Assembly (NCBI GenBank): GCA_028534125.1
Contig: CM052829.1
Span: forward strand, 11,470,326-11,534,000
Origin: Lama glama
Taxonomy: Eukaryota
Length of the DNA stretch: 63,675 nt
Reading direction: 5' to 3'
Position numbers and translations under genes: made by a program. The notes beneath the pieces were generated by a model. The model was not told where the DNA came from, did not search any database, and saw nothing but the letters and a program-made list of their open reading frames with translations. This document shows, piece by piece, positions 36,416 through 48,587 of the stretch; position 1 is the stretch's first letter, and each line of letters starts with the position of its first letter.

Positions 36416-38129
36416 TGGCAAAACTAGACTCAACTCTCATCTATCTGATTCAAGAAGTCACAGAACCATGTAATACTCTTTTTCCCTTCCAGGATAGCAT
36501 CAGATGAGTTATATTTTCCAAATTGTTTAGGGACATTTGGATTGGTGGTGGGGAAGCACTGAACTACTTAGAAGATATGGAATCAGCTTTTTATAGTCTG
36601 CTTTCAGCCTCCTTTTATATTAAAAGGTGGCAGTTTTACATGGAGATTTTTAAAAGAATGTTACGTAACTTCACACTTTAAATCTACAACCAGCATGCAG
36701 ATTTCGGAACTAGTGAAAGGAACCAGAGTTCCTTGGAGAAATAACTGATTCTATGGATGGAACGAGGGAAAAACAAGATGAGCCTGACCTTCTAGTTTAG
36801 TGCCAAAAAGTAAGGAATGTCAAGTGAACATGGACTTACAATGGCAAACGTTGGGACATTTTGAGCAACAACATAAATAATGTACTATTAGATTATAACC
36901 AGAAGTCTGGAAGTCTGTATTTTTATACTTTTTTTTAATGTTCTTTATCTCACTTCCCAGGTGAGATAGAGGAAAGAATACTGAATTTACTGTCCAGAAG
37001 AATAACCTCGCCCTCTTAACTACCTGTCAAATCCTGTGCAAGTTACTTAGATAAGTTTCAGTGTTCTCATTTGTAAATAATAGTGCCTCTCCATTCTCCC
37101 TTATAAGATTGTGAGAACCAAGTGTTTGGAAACAAACTGGAAATTATTAACACTTAAACAATTGTAAGGGGTAGTTGAATCATTACTAGCTCTAAATTTA
37201 AAGAACTGTCCATATTCAAAGAATAATGTGGAATGAAAGAAGATCTATAGGATAGTCTCCCAGTAACTGAGTTCTAAAGACAGCAGAGGAAGAATGACTT
37301 TGAAAAGAATTGGGTTTCTGAAATATGGTTTCAGGTCTCTTCCCTTTAGGCAGCCAAACAAAAGAAAAGGTGTGTCTTTGTAGGTGGCTTCTTTATAATC
37401 CTCACACATAAAATTCAGTCCTGTGTAAATCATATGTAATTCTTAAGGCAAAAACAAAAATATCTTCAAATTTTTTTACCCTTCTTCGGAGTAAAAGAGA
37501 ACCACTCAGAATAATTTGTTCTAGAGGTAGGGTTAATTTGGGGGTTAATTACTTTATGCCCCTAAACTCTAGGTTTAAATCTAATCTTTAGGGTCAGTTC
37601 AAGGTTTATTGGGTCCTAGAGCACATACCATGTGTCTTTCACTGTGCTAGACATTTGGAACTAGGATTCTTTTCTATTAAGATGTTCTTTAGTACTTTGA
37701 CTTAAAGTTTCCACTCTAAGTAAAACCAGTAAAATTAATATGAACAGATTACCAGTATTTAGTATGGACTAAATGTGCTGCATGTACATACATTTACTTA
37801 CAGGGTAAATTGTTACCTACATATGATTGGTTTGCAGGAGGTATAGTAGATGGGGTACATTTGAAGTACATACCATCTGTATACTCTGCCTTCAGAAATG
37901 CTAAGCAGTTTTTATGAATTCATCTACTATCTTCTGTCCCAGAACTATGCCTGTGTTCACATTATCTTTCAAAATGAATGCCCCTTCCCAGCCTCTATGT
38001 CCTGACAAAATCCTAAACATCCTTCAAAGCTGTTGTTCTCAACTGAGGAATGGGGGGAATTTTGTTTCTTCTGCCTTCCTCCAACTGCCAACATTTGGCA
38101 ATAAGTAGTAACTGGAGACTTTTTTTTTT

Positions 38130-38250
38130 ATTTTCCTGCCTAGGGAGTAGCGGCTGCTCGTGGCATCAAATGGGTAAAAGTTGCTAAACATCCTACAGTG
38201 CACAGGACAGCTCCCAACAACAGAATAGTCTGGGCCAAATGTCAATAGTT
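38130..38250. mobile_element. MER20 fragment
   Basis: tgctaaacatcctacagtgcacaggacagctccc..acagaatagtctgggccaaatgtcaatagt. Confidence 0.8.
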
Positions 38251-38840
38251 TGGTTAACTTATGGATGATTAAACTTACCGCCTTTCCTGTCCTTTCTCCA
38301 AACTACCTGTAGATTTCTTGATTAATTATTGTGAGGCTTATAATAATTGCTTATGTTTAAATGTATGATTTTTTGTTATTTTTATCAAAATTTTGTTTTG
38401 ACCCTTATACATTCCCCTCCATTGTTTTAAATATATTTCTAGAAGTATTTGATCACTATATCTTTTACCTTAGACCCCATTCTAGATGTATCACATTTCC
38501 TTATTTGTCCCATAAGCACAACTATTTATTAAATAGTCCCTTTTGTCACTATTTTCTGCTTAATCAGATGTAGACTTTAAAAGTCAGATGTTATATAGAT
38601 TTAAAAGCAAACTATTCTGAAGCGCCCCTTTAAGAAGATGTATATACTTACAAGACTTTAGTAATATTTTCTTATATTATTGTTTCATGTCAATAATTAA
38701 ACTTGAATAGTTTCACAGCTACATGGGCAATACACGTGCTGAGAGAATGGAAACTAAGTCTCTATGTCCCAAACTTAAGAAGTAGAGATATGTTGAAATT
38801 TTGCCATTAGGTGATAAATAATGTCATGTTCTTTTTGTAG

Positions 38841-39558
38841 GTTATAAAGAAGAAAGTTCTACTCTCTCTGTTAAGATGAAGTGTGATTTTAATTATAACC
38901 GTGTTCATTCTGAAGTTAAACCTGTAAAACCCGATGACAGTCGAAGACAAGGTTCCTGCACTCCTGCATATTTGGAAGATTCTTATAAAGGCCGCACTAA
39001 AGACTATGAAAGGTTATCAGACATTGGGTCACCAATTGTGAGCCCCAGGACTGTAGAACTTGAAACTGAAAACAAGCCCTTGCATAATAAGGAAAATCAG
39101 CATGTGCAACAGACACTTAATAGTTCAAATGACACAGAAGAACTAGAGACCAGTGGCCCTTATGAAGACAGTGGCTACTCTTCATTTTCACAACAAAGTG
39201 GCCTCAGTGAACATGAAGACAGTAGCCTTCCCCTGGTGGAAAATTTCAGTGACAGTCCGCAGTCCTGCCTGCCACAGACGCAAAGCCCAGACCACTATCC
39301 CAACAAAAACTTGCTGCCCGCTCTTCATTTTGCAAAAGTGGTTTGTTCAACGTTAAAAAAAAATTCTAAGCGAAATCCTAAAATAGACCGGGAGAAGCTG
39401 AAAGAATTTATATCCAGTGGAAATTTCAGATTACAGAATATAATTGGCAGGAAAATGGGCCTAGAATGTGTAGATATTCTCAGTGAACTCTTTCGAAGGG
39501 GACTCAGACATCTCTTAGCAAATATTTTAACACAGCTCAGTGATATGGACTTAATCAA
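38841..39558 (+). CDS. FBXO5: FBXO5 exon 2 (DSGYSS phosphodegron, start of F-box)
   Basis: tgtAG / GTAAGT, 718 bp, YKEESSTLSVKMKCDF..KEN (39089-39097)..DSGYSS (39167-39184, beta-TrCP degron)..LRHLLANILTQLSDMDLI. Confidence 0.97.
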
Positions 39559-40492
39559 GTAAGTATCGTTGCTTTGAGTGTATTAGTATAATCCACTGAA
39601 CATTTTTGTTAGATGGCTCAGTACCACCAGCTCATGCCAAGACTTAGTAGGTAGTCTTGTGCTGTATAATTGAGGTAACAACTTTTGTCTGGTTGCTAGT
39701 ATTTTACTATCTGCGTACCACTGAGATGAAAGAATGAAAGTATGATTTAATCCAGTTCTTTCAAATTTCATATTTATGCTATGTTAGAAAACTTTCTGTT
39801 AGATTGGGGTCTTTTGGGTTTTTTTGTTGTTGTTCTGAAATCGCTAATAGATAAGCTACATCTTTTGGGCTTACCTTGAAAACAACAGCCGAGGTCTAAT
39901 GTACAGGTCCAATAAGAATTATGGTTTTTGTCCCACTTGAAAGTGTGAAATAATTTCTGTTCTTAGGCCATTTTCAATGTAGGGCTCCTAAATTGGACAG
40001 TGATGAAAATATGGAAACCCACAAATGGATCTGATTATGACTGTTTCTTAGAAACCTTCTGTTAAACTACCCTTTCTTCCTTGTTCCACTAGAGAAAATC
40101 TGTTAGGCTGAGGTAACTGAGAATTAAGATGTTTATAAAGACTGTTGGATTAGAGTGCCTCCAGCTCAACTGAGTTCATTTTTGGCTTTTTGAAAAAAAA
40201 TTTTTAGAGGTACTCTTTGTGTTACTTTACACTGGTTCATGAAGTATAGCTGAAGCAAAACAGACATAAGTATTCATTTTTATTATCGGCTAGCTTCTTG
40301 AGGGATAATCAACATCACAACATTTTAGTTAACAAAATGGATTTTTTTTAATTGATTTCTATTAACAGCAGTTTATTCTCAAGTTCTTTGAAATTTGTCT
40401 ATAACATTACCAAATAGCCAAGATGGTGCCATATATACAATGGGGCTACTTATGTAATATTTGTGGATATTGTGAAAAAATGAAGTACGAAG

Positions 40493-40660
40493 CAGTGGTT
40501 CTTAAGCCTGGATGCACTTGGAATTACTTGATAGTGAGCTTTCAAAAAATCCAGAGCCCTGGCCCCCATTTTTGTTAATTAAACCCAAGTGACTATCCAT
40601 GGGGCATCCTTAAATCTTAATGAATGCCTCAGGCAATTCTAATGTATAGCACAGCTAATA
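40493..40660. mobile_element. MER5A-like relic
   Basis: cagtggttcttaagcctggatgcacttggaattac..caggcaattctaatgtatagc. Confidence 0.65.
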
Positions 40661-40755
40661 GAAATTTCTCTTTTGCACTGTCATTGTTCCTGTAATATAT
40701 TCATCTTAGCTCTTTGTGATGCTCTAATTGTTTCCTTTATAATTTACTTTTCCAG

Positions 40756-40846
40756 TGTGTCTAAGGTGAGCACAACTTGGAAGAAGATTCTAGAAGATGA
40801 TAAGGGGGCATTGCAATTGTACAATAAAGCAATACAAAGAATTACT
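40756..40846 (+). CDS. FBXO5: FBXO5 exon 3 (end of F-box)
   Basis: tccAG / GTAAGT, 91 bp, (N)VSKVSTTWKKILEDDKGALQLYNKAIQRIT. Confidence 0.96.
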
Positions 40847-41444
40847 GTAAGTCTTGGCAGTTGTTGTAATTTTAATATATATCAGTGCTTATTACCTTTA
40901 GAAATAGAGGAAAATAGTAAAGAAAACAAATGATATGGAAATCCTTTATATCATAACTCATTAAAAAATTCAAAGATAAAGGGGATGGAATCCCACCCCA
41001 GTCGTTTATTTCTTAGGTTCTCCATAGAAATGAAATGTCCAAAAGTAAAGGGGAAATTACTCAGGTCTCAGATGGTGAGGGTTGACCGTATAGCCAGTCT
41101 TGGTTACCATTTGTATTTTTCTGTTAACAGGTATTCAGTAAGTTATCTACATATTGAAGATTCTTAATGTAGGAAGGGGATTAATTTACTTTCCAAAATA
41201 GTAACTTTGGAGATAGTTCTGAGAATAAAGATCAATACATGATTAAAATTTTCAGGCCTAGGAGTTGGCATACTTAGGTCCAAATTTTGGTGCTGCTACT
41301 TACTAGCCCTGTAACTTAGACAAACATTGCTTAAATTCTCCAAGTTCAGTGTCTTTATCTATAAACTGGTGTTATGGAAATTTTTCTAATCTAAAAGATT
41401 GTTTTGAATCCATTCATAACACTGAGATGACACGTAAACATGAC

Positions 41445-41463
41445 TATTGCCATCTGCTGGTGG
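41445..41463 (-). promoter_or_regulatory. CTCF motif in FBXO5 intron 3
   Basis: Minus strand reads CCACCAGCAGATGGCAATA, containing the core CCAGCAGATGGCA. Confidence 0.6.
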
Positions 41464-41774
41464 CCTGGAAGAGTGACCTTTTGTCCTGGCAGTAGTGCTT
41501 TATAAATCATGTATTAAGTGCTATATACTAAACATGTAAAGTACTTTGTCAATTTCTGATTTGCAGTTTCTGTCAATAACTTGGTTGTTAGGCTTTAAAT
41601 GTCTGAATAGTTGTGTGTGGCTGTGCTTAACCATGTGCAAGTAAATCGGATGCAAGAATAAATCCTTTTTATTCTCATTTGCCCTTTTTTACATGTACAG
41701 ACATAAAAATGCCTGCTTGATGAGAATACTAGAGAATGTTTTTTAGTCCTATTAAAACTTTTTTTTTTAATTAG

Positions 41775-41957
41775 GAAAAGAACATCAAGTTTTCACCACA
41801 TGCTTCAACCAGAGAATACGTTTTATTCAGAACTGCATTAGCGTCTGTGCAAAAATCAGCAACCCAGACTCTCCCCAAAAAAGATGCTCGAACTAAGTTA
41901 CCTGATCCAGGTGATCAGAAAGGTTCTACTTATAGTCGACACAGTGAATTCTCTGAG
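41775..41957 (+). CDS. FBXO5: FBXO5 exon 4 (D-box and linker)
   Basis: ttAG / GTAATT, 183 bp, EKNIKFSPHASTREYVLFRTALASVQKSATQTLPKKDARTKLPDPGDQKGSTYSRHSEFSE. RxxL D-box at 41829-41840. Confidence 0.96.
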
Positions 41958-42894
41958 GTAATTATTTGTTTAATAAATTAGAAATATATGGAGGATTTAT
42001 TAAAAGGGTGTAGAGTATGAAAACCATTTATAATTCAACTAAGCAAATTAGGAAAGTACACAGATGTCTTTTTATGCCAAAATAATACATATAATTTGTC
42101 ATTGTTTATGATAGTTCAGTGGTGTTGAGATCTGATTTGGAAGCACTAAGAAGATAAGGAAAACCTTGATTTTGAAGTTTCTTATAAAACTTTTCAATAT
42201 TGTGTTTCACAATTACTGCCCTAAATAACTGAGGAACAGGGCTAAGCATGAAGAGGTCAACTTTCAGAAATTGAGGGCCTCCAAGTATACTTTTAAATCA
42301 TTGAGTAATGTGTATTCTACTCACACGTGAATAATTTTGCAAGCTTAATTTTAAAAACCACCATCTGCATGTTTTGAAATAAAATGTTCACTGTCTTATA
42401 TAATATATAATAAAATTTAGTTTTCTGTCTTAAATGTTCCTGACATAACTAACAGAACACGTAAAGTTATTCAAAAACACTTATTGAGCATTTTATCAGG
42501 CACTGCATAGATACTGAAACATGGTACCCTTCACAGCTACATAAAGATCAATGCCATATAATGTGGTAGGTGCTTTAAAAAAATAGAACTAGAGGTAAAA
42601 GAGTAACCAACTCCTGAGTGACACCAGGAAGACCTCACAGAAAAGGGGGCATTTAAGTTAGGTAATGATGTGTGGGTAGCATTCATGAATAAAAGAGCAT
42701 TTTGTAGCATTAGGAAGTGACCACTGGACCAATTGACAAGTAATAACTCTCACCCTTTGAACAGTAAGCTTAAGGGCGGGAGTTGGGTGTGACATTGGTG
42801 CTTTATACAGGTATTGGGGTAGAGGTGCCCTTGTTTTTACTAAGTTGCATTCAGTCCTTACTAAAATCTGTTTATGAATTTTTTTTCTTTCCAG

Positions 42895-43146
42895 GTNNNN
42901 NNNNNNNNNNNNNNNNNNNNNNNNNNNNNNNNNNNNNNNNNNNNNNNNNNNNNNNNNNNNNNNNNNNNNNNNNNNNNNNNNNNNNNNNNNNNNNNNNNNN
43001 NNNNNNNNNNNNNNNNNNNNNNNNNNNNNNNNNNNNATTATCACACCACCAAAGACTGTTCAAATGGCAAGCCCCTAAAAGCCAGTTATAAAATGGGTCC
43101 TCTACCTGGCACTAAGAAAAGCAAGAAGAATTTACGAAGATTGTGA
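42895..43146 (+). CDS. FBXO5: FBXO5 exon 5 (zinc-binding region mostly in N gap, LRRL tail)
   Basis: ttccAG acceptor then GT and 140 N. Resumes in frame as YHTTKDCSNGKPLKASYKMGPLPGTKKSKKNLRRL*. 252 bp including gap, total CDS 1347 nt = 448 aa + stop. Confidence 0.93.
   Translation, partial: XXXXXXXXXXXXXXXXXXXXXXXXXXXXXXXXXXXXXXXXXXXXXXXXYHTTKDCSNGKPLKASYKMGPLPGTKKSKKNLRRL
42897..43036. other. Sequence gap (140 N)
   Basis: Run of n inside FBXO5 exon 5. Confidence 1.
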
Positions 43147-43743
43147 TCTCTTACGAAATCAATTGTAACTGATCATGAAGGTTAGTTAGAAAAATGTTAG
43201 ATTTTAATTTAAAACAAAAAAAAAAAAGTCTTGTGATTTTCAATTTTATGTTGAAATCAATGTACATGGGATTTTTTGCCCAGTGAGCAAAGAGGATGTA
43301 CACCTCTTAAAATATTTTACAATTTAATGTGAAAAAGTTTAAAACTCAATATAAACCAGAAAATTTAAATATTTTAAGAAAAAGGGAAACTAGTTATCTG
43401 ATGATTGTGATTCAGAGGTAAAATAAAGTTGATTCAATTTTATGGTAAAGGAAAGCCATGTAATTTTACCTAGACAGTCTTAAATATAATTCTTGGTTAC
43501 CATCTTTTAGCATTTGAGACATTTTATTTGCTTTACCAAATTAATAATACCAATTGAAATATCAACTTCTGGTGTCTGTTAATTTAAATGTTTTGTCACC
43601 TTTAACCTCTTTTCCAGTGTGTATATATCCCAAAAAGTATCTTTTGTGAAATCTTTCTTGTTTTCCTTATTTGTAAAGTTTGTATGTTTTAATATTTTGT
43701 ACATATGTAAATATTTCTGTATTTTTATGTGTCAAAATAAGAA

Positions 43744-43818
43744 AATAAATGTCTTTTGTATATACATGTGAATAAATTTTTTTCCTGTTATGAATAAAAG
43801 TATTACAAGCTTAATAAA
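43744..43818 (+). terminator. FBXO5: FBXO5 polyadenylation signal cluster
   Basis: Four AATAAA at 43744, 43771, 43793 and 43813, about 600 nt after the stop and preceded by TGTA motifs. Confidence 0.75.
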
Positions 43819-44510
43819 TATTATGAGTATTTTATTTAGATAAACATTTTAATCCTAGAAACAGCTGAGGTAAGAAGCTGTAGGGGACTCATTGCTACAT
43901 GTGAAGGAACTGAGTTGATCTTTATCTGTCTACTTGCCTGGGGACCTTGTGAGATTACCAGGCTCTATTCTGATAAGAGTTTTCTCCCCACTCAGTATCT
44001 TAGTAGTTGTAGAGGTGGGTCTTGAAATAAGCATCTCGAGGTGGTTCAATACAAGACCATAAAACAGACTTTGAGAAATACTGGTGTATTAATTCATCAC
44101 TAAACCAGTTAAACTGTATGGGTTAAACAGCCACCAAAAATAAATAAATAAATAAAAATTGTATTGAAAGGATTAAAAAGAGTATGTAGAATAAAATGTT
44201 ATCTTTGACTGCAATCAGAACGTTTGTGCTGATAAGAGCCTAGGACAAGGACATTTTTTCCCCTAAATTCTAAAGTTGAATATATTTTGGTTTCAATTAT
44301 GCATACAGACAAATTAAGAGTTTGAATTCAGACCAGATGCCTAAAGACTTAAGAGGGCCTCACAGATCCTCTCAATCAATAGGGCCTCAAAGAAGCTTAA
44401 AAGGTATTTGCTCTTGATCTCAGATGAAGCCTGAAGTAGAGGATTTATCTCGGATTTGTGGGTGTGTCTTGTCTAATGGAGTAAAACCACCAATAAAATT
44501 AACACTGGTT

Positions 44511-46371
44511 TTTCCTGAGCTATGTTGAGGTAAAGTTGACAGACAAAAACGTTAAGTGTGTCATTTGATGTTTTGACATGCACACATGAAGTCGTCACCA
44601 TCACCACAACTAAGATAATGAACATAATCATCATACCCCAGTGTTTTCCTGCCCATTTGTAATCCCTCCAATTAGTCCCCAGGCAACCACCGATCTTTAT
44701 GTCACTGTAGATTAGTTTGTTTTTTCTGGAATTTTGTATAAGTTTGTTATGTACTCCTCGTCTGACTATCACTAAATATTCTGAGATTCATGCATTTTGC
44801 GTTCATCCCTTTTACTTAATAAGCAATACACTGTTCGATATACCACTTCGTCTATATGTATGTTCACCTTTTGTTGGACATTGAGATTTTTCTCCCAGTT
44901 TTTTGCTGTTAGGATTGAAGGTGCTGTAATCATTTGTATACAAGTGCTTTGTAAGTGGTATTCTTTCATTTCTCTTGGTAAATGTCTAGAGAAGTAGAAT
45001 GGTTGGATTATATGATCAGTGTATGTTTTAACTTGTTAAGAAAATAGCAGAATGTTTCCAAAGGTGCTGTATCATTTTACAATCTCACCAGCAGTGTGTG
45101 GGAGTCGCATTTACTTCACGTTCTCATCAGCACTTGTCAGTCTAATTTCAGCTATTCTAGTATGTGTGTAGCAGTGTCCCATTGTGGTTTTAATTTACAT
45201 CCCCCTAATGACTAGTGATGTTTGCCATTGTCATTCGCCATCATACATTTTCTTTGGTCAAGTGTCTAGTCAAATGGTTTTATATGTGTGTATGTGTGTT
45301 ATTGTTGATATCTGAGAGTATATACTCCAGGCACAAGTGCTTTATTAAAGTGTGTCTTGTCTTTCAATTTCTTAGTGTATTTGGAAGACTTTATTTTTGA
45401 TCAAGTCCAGATTATCAATTATTTATCTTTAATGGATCATACTTTTGTTGTATCTCAGAAACCTGCCTAGCCTAAGAGCATATGTAGATTTCTCCTATAT
45501 TTTCTTCTAGAAGCTTTATAGTTATAAATTTCACACTTATGTGTATTATCCATCTGCAGTTAAATTTTGAATATAGTGGGAGGTATGGATTGAAATGACT
45601 GTTTGCTTGTTCCAACATCATTTGTTAACAAGACTGTCCTTTCTCTACAGAAATAATTTTGCTTCTTGGTCAAAAATTGGTTTTACCTAAACATGAGGGA
45701 CTATTTCGGGACTCTGTTCTGTTTAATCTCTTTGTGTCTTGAACTTTAAAACAACACTGCCTTGATAACTAGCTTTATAAATCTTAAAATCAAGTAGTGA
45801 CAGTCCTTTTCCTTTTATTTCAAAAAAAGTATTTTCTAAGTAGTCTATTCTAGGTCCTTTGCAATTATGCATAACTTTTATAATTAGTTTGTCAGTTTTT
45901 ATAGAAATACAAAATGGGATTTTGATTGAGATTGCAATGAACCTATTAATCTATTGGATTAGATTAAAAGAGAACTGTCATTTTAACAACACTGAGTTTT
46001 CCAACCCATGAACATAGTAGGTCTTCCATTTATTTATGTATTTTAAAATTTCTCTTAGCAATGTTTTTTCTTTTCATGCCTTACACATCTTGTGTCAGAT
46101 TTATTCCTAAGTATTTTATATTTTAATACTATTGTAAATGGTGTCTTTAATCTCAGTTTTCAATTATTTATCTTTAATATATTGAAATGTAATTGATTGA
46201 TCTTATATCCTACAACCTTGCTAAAGTCAACTAGTTATCAGATTTTCTATGTAGATCACCTATGTCTTCTGAAAATACAGTTTTATTTCTTCCATTAGTC
46301 TATATGCCTTTTATTTCTTTTTCTTGCCATATTATACTGGCTTAAGCCTCCAGCAAAATGTTCAATAGAAG
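44511..46371 (-). mobile_element. Ancient L1M (L1MD/L1ME-type) 3' fragment, about 1.9 kb
   Basis: ccccaggcaaccaccgatct..ttctgagattcatgcat..attgtggttttaatttacat..gggattttgattgagattgcaatgaa..ccatgaacat. Degenerate, no intact ORF. Confidence 0.8.
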
Positions 46372-46379
46372 AGCCTTTA

Positions 46380-46861
46380 AAATATCCTGCAATGATCCCA
46401 TCCTCTTGGTATTTACAGCTTTGTGCAGTCTCCCACGCTGCCTGAGGTTTGGTCTATGTGACTAATAGAACAGAGCAGAAGTGATGGCATGTCAGTTCCA
46501 AGACTGTTATCAAAGCCATGGTGATTTATATTTCTTTTTCTCTCAGATCCCCCACTGGGGGACGGTCCACTGTGAGCAGCCTACAGAGGGGCCCACATTG
46601 TGAGGAACTGAGGTCTTTGGAAAAAGTCCCACGTGGAGGAGAATTGAGCTTTCTTCCAGTTGCTGAGTCTGTGAGTCTTTGGAAAGCAGATCCTCCAGCT
46701 CCAGTCTTGGCTTCAGACAGCTTTAGTCCCTGAATACAACTTGAGACACCCAATTAAACTGCTCCCAAATTCCTGGCCCCACCACCAGATCATAAATGTT
46801 TCTTGTTTTAAGCCCCAAAGTTTCAGGATGATTGTTTATGCGATAATAGACAACTAATTCA
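46380..46861 (+). mobile_element. MLT1-type (MaLR) solo LTR
   Basis: cagaagtgatggcatgtcagttcc..gaggaactgagg..gcagatcctccagctccagtc..tgttttaagcccca..tttatgcgataatagacaactaat. Confidence 0.75.
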
Positions 46862-48271
46862 AAGTGGGCACACCTTTCTAGGAGCTTCGGACAAGAGAAA
46901 GATGAACAGAAGCCTTTCTTCATGCTCCCCAATTAACTACACTAATGAATGTTAAGAAGTTCAAGTTTTCCCCAGGACTCCAAGACATGTAATTTCTTGG
47001 CCTGGAAACAATTCTAGCATAAGCACAGGAGAAAAAGCCACCTTACAGCTGTGTAGAAGGTCCCCGAACAAAAAACTCACACTCCCAGACCAAGATAGGT
47101 TTGGGACTAGTATGATCATCAAAATTATTAGGCTATTTGAAGTCTGCTACAGAAGGGAGAATGAACAACATAGATGTAAGTATTTTCGTGTTTACTGTGA
47201 TACATATATTTTTTAGTCATTTTTTTTTACAGAAAGTCACAGTACTAGCTTAAAGCTTACTAAAACGTCTTTCTTTGTATTCTGGCATCCTTTATGTTTT
47301 ACGAGTTGAATCTAGATACATCTTACCTCAAATGATTCCTTAGGTGTGGTTCATGTTGTGGCAAGAATAGATGACCACATTCAGAAGGGCCCTGAAGCTG
47401 ACGCCGCTCAGACGTGGTCTCTCCTAGGAGCTGGTCTCCAAGGCGACTTCCTTTCCAAGGCATCTCTGGTCAGGCCGATGGGCGGTGTGTACTTTCACAC
47501 AGTCACTCCTGGCCACGCTAACACAGAGCCAGGACCGCTGGTGTTTCTGATTAGTTGGAGCGACCGTTCAGTAGCAAATGCTACTTCATTGAGACCTTTA
47601 TTCTACCGAAGAAGGTTAAGGTTTGGCAGCTCTGTATTCATTCTGTACCACTTATGATGGTGGAGATTATATTCCAGCGTTTCTGCTAAAATCTCAACGT
47701 GTTCATATGCACTGGTCTTTTGTGAGTGATCTCCTTGTCATATTTCACTGGAGCAAATACTATATTTGCATATTAGCACAAAAGCCTTGTTTGCCTTTGA
47801 CCAAGGCTCATGTTGGTGTGTTATCTGACACCCAGAGGTTAGCTTTTGCCATGTTCAGTTCACACAATTTGAGGGACTGCCCAAACGATTGTGTGTAAGA
47901 CAGAACAGTGCTAGTTCTTCCACTAAAGTAATTTCTTAAAATCCTAATCTCCCCTGGGTTGCTTGGCGTAGTTCCTGTTTCCCCGAATTCCACTCCAACA
48001 ATGTGAACAGCACAAAGCCACAAGGTGGTGCTCTTATAACGCTGCACTTTTGATTTTGTTCATTCGTGTAAAGTTTAATATAAAAATGAATGAAACAAGT
48101 TTACTGCTTTTCTATTCAATTTGTATTGTCAGCTTACAACAGAAAGCCCACAACAGAGTGTTTAACTACAATAAATTGATATAAACAATTTCTATTTTGA
48201 TCTTGGGTATCAAGAACAGAAGCCTTCCTTATGTTCCACATTTTTATTTATTGTTTATATTCTAAGTCTAG

Positions 48272-48587
48272 ATCTGTCCAATGCAGTGGCAACGTGTGAC
48301 TGCCAAACACTTGAAATGAGGCTCATTCAAATCCAAACGGAGCTGTGCTGTAAATGTCAAATGCGCACCAGATATCGAAGACTTGGCATAAAGAAAAGCA
48401 AAATCTCATGAATAATTTTTATATTGACCCCTTGTTGAAATATTATGTTGGATATACTTGGTTAGATAAAATACCACGAAAATTAATTTTACCTGTTTCT
48501 TTTATTTATTATTTATTTTTAGTGTGGCAAATAGAAAATGTTAAATTACATATGTGGTTCGCGTTATGTTTCCGTTGGACAGCGTTA
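48272..48587. mobile_element. MER33-like hAT-Charlie element
   Basis: ctgtccaa..ttggacag inverted ends, cacttgaaatg..tgtgctgtaaatgtcaaatgcgcaccagat..aaattacatatgtggttcgc. Confidence 0.75.

Noticed and set aside
40763-40771. Strong-looking donor AAG|GTGAGC inside FBXO5 exon 3
   Set aside because: It would define a 10-nt exon and is explained by the KVS codons. No other support.
42658-43091. ORF-track proteins with long X runs
   Set aside because: Artefacts of translating through the N gap.
44473-45400. Short ORFs downstream of FBXO5
   Set aside because: They lie within a decayed L1M fragment and show no coherent reading frame.
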